This document shows positions 57,861 to 64,000 of a DNA stretch of 64,000 nt, piece after piece. The notes below the pieces were generated by a model. It ran no database searches, was not told the origin of the DNA, and saw only the letters and a list, made by a program, of their open reading frames with translations. A program made the translations under genes and the position numbers. The DNA comes from a virus (Duplodnaviria > Caudoviricetes), in the IMG/VR virus record IMGVR_UViG_3300005662_000036, positions 1 to 64,000 of that record. The stretch is one strand, 5' to 3'. Numbering within the stretch: the stretch's first letter is position 1; every line of letters begins with the position of its first letter.

Positions 57861-59812
57861 ATCCTAAATTCGAAAACACGTTTGCGACAATGGGCTTTAA
57901 GAGTCTTTTGACCGTTCCTCCTGATTACAGTTGGGATGAAGGCAGTCCTCTTGTTGAATATCCTTCAAACAAACTGGTTTTTAATGACCCATCTCTTGTT
58001 TTATCCAGCACTAACAATTGTGAAGGAATAGAGTATGTAGCGTATTCTCCTTTTGCTGTTCTTACTCTCTCATCGACAATGAGAATTGATTTGTCAGCTG
58101 TTTCCGTTAAAAGAGTAATGAATTTTGGTGATTATTATAACTCGGAAAGCAATATTGTTGTAAGTTCCTCAACATCCGCTGAAAATTTTTGCCACACATA
58201 TGTGATGCCGGGTTTATACTCCGTAAGCTTGGAGTTTACAGAGTTCATTCAAAGTACACCTCACGATTTTTCTGTATATTCTTGCATTGAACGATACTGT
58301 AGAGAGTGGACTTGGAAATCGACATACTGCACTCCTACAGTTTTAACTGAAGTCACTTGGCTTAGCACTTTAAGTGGAGGTCCTTTAGAAAAAAGATGGA
58401 AAGACCGTTATGATGAAGAATGTAAAGAAACTTGGATGTATACTGGTGGGTTGTATGTTCAGCCGATCGAGTTGATTCCACCACATCCTCTTTTTTGGCA
58501 GTGGTATAACTTCAGTTGTTTTCCTAACGACAATCTCAGAAATCGAGATATAACATGGCAAGGAGCTTCTTTTCAACAGTCTGATGAACTAATATGGAGA
58601 GATGTAGGTAGTCCATGTTTAAATCTGCCTTATAGAGAAAATTCTTGGGTGTGGATGCATCAAACTTGTTCTTCTCTTCTCACTAGCGGAGCATTGACTC
58701 CATCTTCTATGTGGAACGAAATGGAATGTGATTCCAGTAATAGAAGAACATGGGACGAAGCACAAAAAAATTGTTTTGAATATCCTTATACTTTATATAA
58801 AGTTGCTAAAAAATATGTAAAAGAACATCTTTTGAGGGTAATCGAAATACCACCAGTTGCTTATTTGCATGTAGATCAATCAAAAAATTTTCACAATAGA
58901 ATTTCCCCTTATCAGGTTCGTCTGTCGCCTCGTTTTATCAAATGCGGAAGCTTTCCAATAGAAAAAATTGTGTGGGATTTGGGTGATGGCTCTCCTCTTT
59001 TAGTTCAAAAAAGATGGGACGTAAATAAAAGCTCTCAGTTTATATACACAGGAACGTATGATTTGGATTGGGAGGATCCTAGAAATTTCGATGTTATTCA
59101 CACGTATACCGTAACGCCACGAACTGGATATTCTTTTTATCCTTCTCTGACGTGTTATGCTAGCTCGACATACACTTCCGATTGTGCAACTGGAATAGTT
59201 GGACCATTAAAGCTCAAAGCTCTACAAGAAACAGATGATGACTCCGTTGAAAACGTATTTAACTTACGTTTGATTCAAAACGAGATAACAGAATCTGGTA
59301 AATTGTTATTAGGTGAAATTGGAAGAACAGCTGTTATATGGAGATATGGAACAAAGAATGAAGAACCAACTATTAATCCAATAACAATAAGAGCTCATTA
59401 TAAACCGGGCTCTGTAAATATACGTTATAATATTACTTTAAATGAGCCAAGCGATGTTGATTTATTGATACAATTTACTAACGTATTATACACCACAACA
59501 TCTCCCTTAAGTGTTGATGTGATCTTACCCGTTGATAGTAATTCAACTACAGCAGAAACCAGTAGAACTCTGTTTGAGTCATATTCCTTTTTAGATCAGC
59601 AATCAGAATTTTTTAATATAAAAGTAATTCCGCTACAACCTTCAAAATACATACATCAAACAGAATTTGTTCCGACGTTTGAACCACAACCCTCAAGCAC
59701 TCCTCAACCAACACCATTGCCCACTCCAACACCAATTCCTAATTGTGATTTAGTAGTATCGATAAAGGATATTTCTTGTGACTTATCTTACACTGTAACT
59801 ATTACACCTTAA
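57857..59812 (+). CDS. virion protein with two PKD-like domains, Trp/Cys-rich repeats and a short Thr/Pro tract
   Basis: MNFGD...HTYVMPGLYSVSL and VWDLGDGS...HTYT; W-x(2-6)-C repeats between them; PTPLPTPTP near the C-terminus. Confidence 0.6.
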   Translation: MNPKFENTFATMGFKSLLTVPPDYSWDEGSPLVEYPSNKLVFNDPSLVLSSTNNCEGIEYVAYSPFAVLTLSSTMRIDLSAVSVKRVMNFGDYYNSESNIVVSSSTSAENFCHTYVMPGLYSVSLEFTEFIQSTPHDFSVYSCIERYCREWTWKSTYCTPTVLTEVTWLSTLSGGPLEKRWKDRYDEECKETWMYTGGLYVQPIELIPPHPLFWQWYNFSCFPNDNLRNRDITWQGASFQQSDELIWRDVGSPCLNLPYRENSWVWMHQTCSSLLTSGALTPSSMWNEMECDSSNRRTWDEAQKNCFEYPYTLYKVAKKYVKEHLLRVIEIPPVAYLHVDQSKNFHNRISPYQVRLSPRFIKCGSFPIEKIVWDLGDGSPLLVQKRWDVNKSSQFIYTGTYDLDWEDPRNFDVIHTYTVTPRTGYSFYPSLTCYASSTYTSDCATGIVGPLKLKALQETDDDSVENVFNLRLIQNEITESGKLLLGEIGRTAVIWRYGTKNEEPTINPITIRAHYKPGSVNIRYNITLNEPSDVDLLIQFTNVLYTTTSPLSVDVILPVDSNSTTAETSRTLFESYSFLDQQSEFFNIKVIPLQPSKYIHQTEFVPTFEPQPSSTPQPTPLPTPTPIPNCDLVVSIKDISCDLSYTVTITP

Positions 59813-59815
59813 ATA
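59810..59815 (+). promoter_or_regulatory. TAAATA late-promoter-like motif
   Basis: 5 nt before ATG 59821. Confidence 0.55.
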
Positions 59816-59820
59816 ATTTT

Positions 59821-60558
59821 ATGTCAGCATCTATCACGTTCAATTCAATAAATTTTTTAAATTTATCTGCAGATTTGTCGTTTTATCCACTTACTGGTGG
59901 GTTTGAACATATAGGGTTAGTAAACATACCTTACGTTCACAATTCTTTGGGTTATTATTACGGAACATATGAATTTACTTTTGGAACTTATAACAAAACT
60001 TGCTCAATTCAAGTTCTTCCAGTTCCAGCAACACCTACTCCTACTCCTACTATTACCAATACTCCAACAAATAGCCAAACTCCAAACCCCACACCTACTA
60101 CTACACCAACTCAAAGCAATCCACCTACAAATACTCCAACTCCAACAATTACACCATCAAATACTGCTACCTTGGGTTCTACTCCTACTCCAACACGAAC
60201 TTCTACTCTTTCTCCTTCACCGACACCATCCGCAACGATTTCAACAGCTTCTACTGTTTTAACACAGAACGCTTTAGGTGTATCCTGTACTCAGTGTTCA
60301 TCAAATGGTATCTCAATGTCATTTAATGTGATTGGAACGAGCTTGACGTTCGCTCCATTAACAACACCAGGTTCTCTACCTTCGAGTTTGTTTATATACA
60401 AGTCTGGTACTATCATCGGACGCATTACAGTAACGTCTGGATACAGAGCTACTCCAGTTTCGATGGTTCTTGTATATAGCGGAGTTACTTATACGTTTTT
60501 ATCAAATGGTGGAACTGCTGTAACCACACCCGCAAACGGATTTCGAATAGATGTTTAA
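59821..60558 (+). CDS. mucin-like Thr/Pro stalk protein
   Basis: About 65-aa central TPTPT tract between two small beta-type domains. Confidence 0.7.
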   Translation: MSASITFNSINFLNLSADLSFYPLTGGFEHIGLVNIPYVHNSLGYYYGTYEFTFGTYNKTCSIQVLPVPATPTPTPTITNTPTNSQTPNPTPTTTPTQSNPPTNTPTPTITPSNTATLGSTPTPTRTSTLSPSPTPSATISTASTVLTQNALGVSCTQCSSNGISMSFNVIGTSLTFAPLTTPGSLPSSLFIYKSGTIIGRITVTSGYRATPVSMVLVYSGVTYTFLSNGGTAVTTPANGFRIDV

Positions 60559-60567
60559 TGCGGCATT

Positions 60568-63039
60568 ATGAAAACAATAACTCAAAGCGGAATGGAGGCA
60601 ATTGAATGTCAAGTTGTTGGCAATAAAGATATAAGCAGTTTAAGTAATTTATCAAATTTAACAACAATAACTGGTATTGGTTACGCTTCTGATAATAGAA
60701 CGTTTGCTGGTTGGATTAGCTGGTTGTACTTTTTTTATACAAACGGACTTGATATCCTTAATTCCCTTCAAACATTAGTAAAAAACAACGGATATTTAGT
60801 GGAACTTATCTCAACGGCTTCTGTTCCATTTACTCTTTATTCAGATACAGATAATTTTCCTTCAACTAAAATCATTCAAAGAGAAATAGAAATAGCAGAA
60901 TATAGAGGAACGTCGAATTTACTAATCACCGATTCGCCATTTATTAATGAATTATTAGAGGTGTATCATTATGACGGATTTGGTTGGGTCAGCTGGATTT
61001 TTGGTCTTTGGAGTGGAGGACTAAATGAATTTAATTCGTTAGAAAAGTTTGAGCCAAATAAAACATATTTAATTGTAAACAAAACTACGTTTTCAGATTA
61101 TGTTTTTTACAATTCTGCTCCTGCGTCCTCGCCAACACCAACTCAAACAAACACACCAACTCAGTCTCCCTCTGTAACACCAACCCAGACTGTAACACCA
61201 ACCCAGACTGTAACACCGACACCAACAGAAACTAATTTTGCACTGCCTCCTGCTACTCCAACTCAAACAGCAACTCCTCCACCTACTCCGAACCCCACTA
61301 CTACATCTACCGTTACGTCTTCGATTACTCCAACTAAAACGGTGACTAAAACATCAATGGCTACTCCTAACCCTACAAGTACGCCCACTCCAACAAATAC
61401 TACTACTTCCACACCAACACAAACTTTTACTCAAACATCAACCCCCTCTCAAACACCAACACAAACTCCGACTAGAACTGCAGCTCCGACTCCAAATCCT
61501 ACAAGTTCCCCAACTCAAACTAATACTCCAATACCAAGCCAAACTCCAACTAAAACAGCAGCTCCTACGCCAAATCCGACGAGTACTCCTACAATTACAT
61601 CAACTGAAACGCCAACCAGGACTGCAGCTCCAACTCCAAATCCTACAAGCACTTCAACGGGCACGCCAATGCCCACTCCAAATCCAACTTCAACTAAAAC
61701 ACCAGTTCCTACACCAAATCCAACAAGCACTCCTACTCCAACTAAAACGGCAGTTCCTACACCAAATCCAACAAGCACTCCTACTCCTACTCAAACTCCA
61801 ACTAAAACGGCAGTTCCTACACCAAATCCAACAAGCACACCAACTCAAACTCCAACTAAAACGGCAGTTCCTACACCAAATCCAACAAGTACTCAAACTC
61901 CAACTAAAACGGCAGTTCCTACACCAAATCCAACAAGTACTCAAACTCCAACTAAAACGGCAGTTCCTACACCAAACCCAACAAACACTAACACACCAAG
62001 CCAAACTCCAACTAAAACGGCAGTTCCTACACCAAATCCAACAAGTACTTCTACTCCAACAAAGACTGCAGCTCCTACACCAAATCCAACAAATTCTCCA
62101 ACAACAACTCAAACCCCTTCTAATACTCAAACACCAACTCCAACTCAAACTCCAACACCTTCAACTACTCCAGATCCAACGAAGACGCCAACGACCACTC
62201 CAGATCCAACTAAAACACCAACTCAGACTAAAACAAGCACACCGGATCCAACTAAAACACCAACTCAGACAAGAACACAAACTCCGACTATATCTAATCC
62301 ATGTCCGATACCATCTGGAGGAACAGCTTTTATTTCAAATATTAACTGTTCTCTTACTGAATGTAAAGTTTTTGCAAGAAATGATGGATGGTTTACTTTC
62401 AGCACAAGTTCGAGTACAACAAAACTATGGTTTGATAAATACACCAAACAAATTAAAACTAACAATACAAGTGATATTAAAAGGTTTTGGGGTTGGACTC
62501 ATTTTAATAACGGATGTGAAGACACGTATAGTGGAATCACCGTTGATCTCACAAAAGTTCCTCTAATAGAAGAATTCGTTACATCTGGATTTGGTCACAA
62601 CATAACTGGATTTAATGCTGCAGGTTGTGCGAGTTTAGTTACGGTAGATATTGGCAATGGTTTACACAACATGACTACATGCGATTTTTCCAATTGCACT
62701 TCTTTACAAGTTCTTGATTTAAATGGTACGTCTAGTGCTAAAAGATTAAATTCTATTAATTTAACAAATTGCAAAAAGATAAGAGATTTGCGTTTACAAA
62801 ACCATAGTTTATCCCTTGCCTCATTAAAAACTATAATTAGTATTATACATACTGGTGCTACAACAAATAGTATAACAAACGGCTATTTAGATTTAACTGG
62901 TAATCCTGGTTGGGCATCAGCAAAGACTGATGCCACTGCCAAGGCTCAATTAAAGTTTTTATCTAAATGTACCTCAAAAACAAGTACTGGTTATACTTGG
63001 ACTATTGTAGGATGGAGTCCGTGTACAGATGGTTATTAA
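60568..63039 (+). CDS. mucin-like stalk protein with C-terminal leucine-rich-repeat domain
   Basis: Duplicated N-terminal module (FAGWISW...L..L..N.GYL / FVSWIFG...F..LEKFEPNKTYLI); ~390-aa T/P tract; LRRs (GCASLVTVDIG, NCTSLQVLDLNG, NCKKIRDLRLQN) with a GYLDLTGNPG cap. Confidence 0.75.
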   Translation: MKTITQSGMEAIECQVVGNKDISSLSNLSNLTTITGIGYASDNRTFAGWISWLYFFYTNGLDILNSLQTLVKNNGYLVELISTASVPFTLYSDTDNFPSTKIIQREIEIAEYRGTSNLLITDSPFINELLEVYHYDGFGWVSWIFGLWSGGLNEFNSLEKFEPNKTYLIVNKTTFSDYVFYNSAPASSPTPTQTNTPTQSPSVTPTQTVTPTQTVTPTPTETNFALPPATPTQTATPPPTPNPTTTSTVTSSITPTKTVTKTSMATPNPTSTPTPTNTTTSTPTQTFTQTSTPSQTPTQTPTRTAAPTPNPTSSPTQTNTPIPSQTPTKTAAPTPNPTSTPTITSTETPTRTAAPTPNPTSTSTGTPMPTPNPTSTKTPVPTPNPTSTPTPTKTAVPTPNPTSTPTPTQTPTKTAVPTPNPTSTPTQTPTKTAVPTPNPTSTQTPTKTAVPTPNPTSTQTPTKTAVPTPNPTNTNTPSQTPTKTAVPTPNPTSTSTPTKTAAPTPNPTNSPTTTQTPSNTQTPTPTQTPTPSTTPDPTKTPTTTPDPTKTPTQTKTSTPDPTKTPTQTRTQTPTISNPCPIPSGGTAFISNINCSLTECKVFARNDGWFTFSTSSSTTKLWFDKYTKQIKTNNTSDIKRFWGWTHFNNGCEDTYSGITVDLTKVPLIEEFVTSGFGHNITGFNAAGCASLVTVDIGNGLHNMTTCDFSNCTSLQVLDLNGTSSAKRLNSINLTNCKKIRDLRLQNHSLSLASLKTIISIIHTGATTNSITNGYLDLTGNPGWASAKTDATAKAQLKFLSKCTSKTSTGYTWTIVGWSPCTDGY
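61741..62045 (+). repeat. coding minisatellite: six copies of actaaaacggcagttcctacaccaaa[t/c]ccaac (KTAVPTPNPT)
   Basis: Copies start at 61741, 61801, 61855, 61903, 61951 and 62011 (spacings 60/54/48/48/60, all multiples of 3). Confidence 0.9.
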
Positions 63040-63073
63040 AATAGCCGTTTATAGAAATTATTGCTGAGTTAGA

Positions 63074-63079
63074 TAAATA
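63074..63079 (+). promoter_or_regulatory. TAAATA late-promoter-like motif
   Basis: 6 nt before ATG 63086. Confidence 0.55.
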
Positions 63080-63085
63080 AAATAA

Positions 63086-64000
63086 ATGAAAAATCAACTT
63101 TCTGATATTTACGAACAAATACTACTAACCGAGTCAGAAAAAAATTCTCTGACTAAATCAACTAATGATAATGTAGGTAATCTTAAACCAAATCAAGAAG
63201 CTTTTGGAGAAAAACCAGAAGCAGTTGCTGGTCCAGAAAAAGCTAAAATTAAACAAGGGCCTTCTTATAAAATTTCAACCAGCTCAGAAACCGGAGTATC
63301 ATATTCAAAACAAGGCTCTTCTTTTAAAGGAACCAAAGAAGCTTCAGAAGCAGAAAAAGAAGAAGCAACAGATATGAAAGAAGAAGAAGTTGTTCCCGAA
63401 ACAGAAGCCAATAAAACTGAAGAAACCGAAGAAACAGAACAAAAAATTACATCGAAAAATTTCAACAATAATGATAAATATAATAAACCAAGTAAATCAA
63501 CCCAAGTAGAACAATATACTATGAGCGCATTCGAAACCTTATTTAAAAAAACTCTAACTGAAGAAGTTAAAGAACCCGCAACAGATAATCAAGAATCTCT
63601 TCCTGTGTCTGATTCAGCAAACTCTGTTTCAGATGAAACAGAACAAGTTGCTGATACAGAAGATGTTTCAGATGACGTAGATGAATCCGAAACAGAAGGT
63701 GACTTAATTGCTGATTTACATGAGCTTAAGTCAAAACTAGAAACAATTTTGTCAAAATTGGAATCTGACTTAGACTCAGACGATTCAGAAGCTGAAAATT
63801 CAGAGGACGACTTTACTGATGAAGACTATGAAGACGAATTCGGAACAGAAGACGGTGAAGATGAAGATGGAGAAGAAACGGAAGACTCCAAACCAGTAGT
63901 CACAAAAGAATCCGTCGAAAAACCAAAACCTCTTTCTCCTTCTAAAGGTAAACAACTAATTTCTAAAAACAATAAAGTTGGTGGAAAAATTAAAGCTAAA
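63086..64000 (+). CDS. 3'-truncated highly acidic protein, possible prohead core/scaffold component (absent from the ORF track)
   Basis: Open from ATG 63086 (MKNQLSDIYEQILLTE) to the window end; D/E-rich tracts flank a short helix LIADLHELKSKLETILSKLE; internal in-frame ATG at 63521. Confidence 0.7.
   Translation, partial: MKNQLSDIYEQILLTESEKNSLTKSTNDNVGNLKPNQEAFGEKPEAVAGPEKAKIKQGPSYKISTSSETGVSYSKQGSSFKGTKEASEAEKEEATDMKEEEVVPETEANKTEETEETEQKITSKNFNNNDKYNKPSKSTQVEQYTMSAFETLFKKTLTEEVKEPATDNQESLPVSDSANSVSDETEQVADTEDVSDDVDESETEGDLIADLHELKSKLETILSKLESDLDSDDSEAENSEDDFTDEDYEDEFGTEDGEDEDGEETEDSKPVVTKESVEKPKPLSPSKGKQLISKNNKVGGKIKAK

Noticed and set aside
61741-62045. CRISPR-like array of ~31-bp repeats
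   Set aside because: Intervening sequences are short, related to each other and in frame, the repeat is not palindromic, there are no cas genes, and the array encodes the KTAVPTPNPT stalk.
61515-62148. Antisense ORFs rich in V/G or W/C (61515-61778, 61690-62148) and similar ones at 4054-4272 and 7684-7872
   Set aside because: Shadow frames of Thr/Pro codon repeats, which lack stops on the reverse strand; no start context.
1-64000. Stop-codon reassignment (alternative genetic code)
   Set aside because: Conserved genes (portal, gp6, nrdA/B, gp44) are full length in the standard code, and TAA, TAG and TGA all occur as gene ends with tight packing.
1-64000. Eukaryotic or giant-virus (NCLDV) origin suggested by GT60, LRR and mucin content
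   Set aside because: The T4-like portal, baseplate (gp6/25/53), gp44 and late-promoter motifs identify a tailed bacteriophage.
1-64000. tRNA or other structured RNA genes
   Set aside because: Intergenic gaps are almost all under 90 nt and AT-rich, and I saw no cloverleaf or T-loop (GTTCRA) context; tRNAscan-SE/Infernal would confirm.

Overview
AT-rich 64 kb segment of a large T4-like myovirus (Caudoviricetes), densely coding in the standard genetic code. Identifiable head/packaging genes are the portal (gp20-like, on the - strand) and a terminase small subunit (gp16-like). There is a tail-tube/baseplate block (tube-fold proteins, two hub proteins, a tape-measure-like protein, gp53, gp27-like, gp25, gp6 and two very large wedge proteins), a tail-fibre/receptor-binding block, and a - strand DNA-metabolism block (clamp loader, dUTPase-like, nrdA/nrdB, hsp20). 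The most notable content is a six-gene glycan-building cassette (13.8-20.5 kb): a GT60/Gnt1-like polypeptide GlcNAc transferase, a sulfotransferase, a GT-B glycosyltransferase, HtrL/YibB-type proteins and two methyltransferases, with a second sulfotransferase at 5.5 kb. It co-occurs with several putative virion proteins built on mucin-like Thr/Pro/Ser stalks that carry LRR, Calx-beta-like, beta/gamma-crystallin-like and leishmanolysin-like zinc-protease domains. My main hypothesis (inference, untested) is a phage-encoded mucin-type O-glycosylation, sulfation and methylation system that coats virion appendages. About 20 genes have a TAAATA late-promoter-like motif, mostly 5-8 nt before the start codon. 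I found no tRNA, CRISPR array, integrase or transposase. All family assignments come from motif recognition by eye, not database searches.
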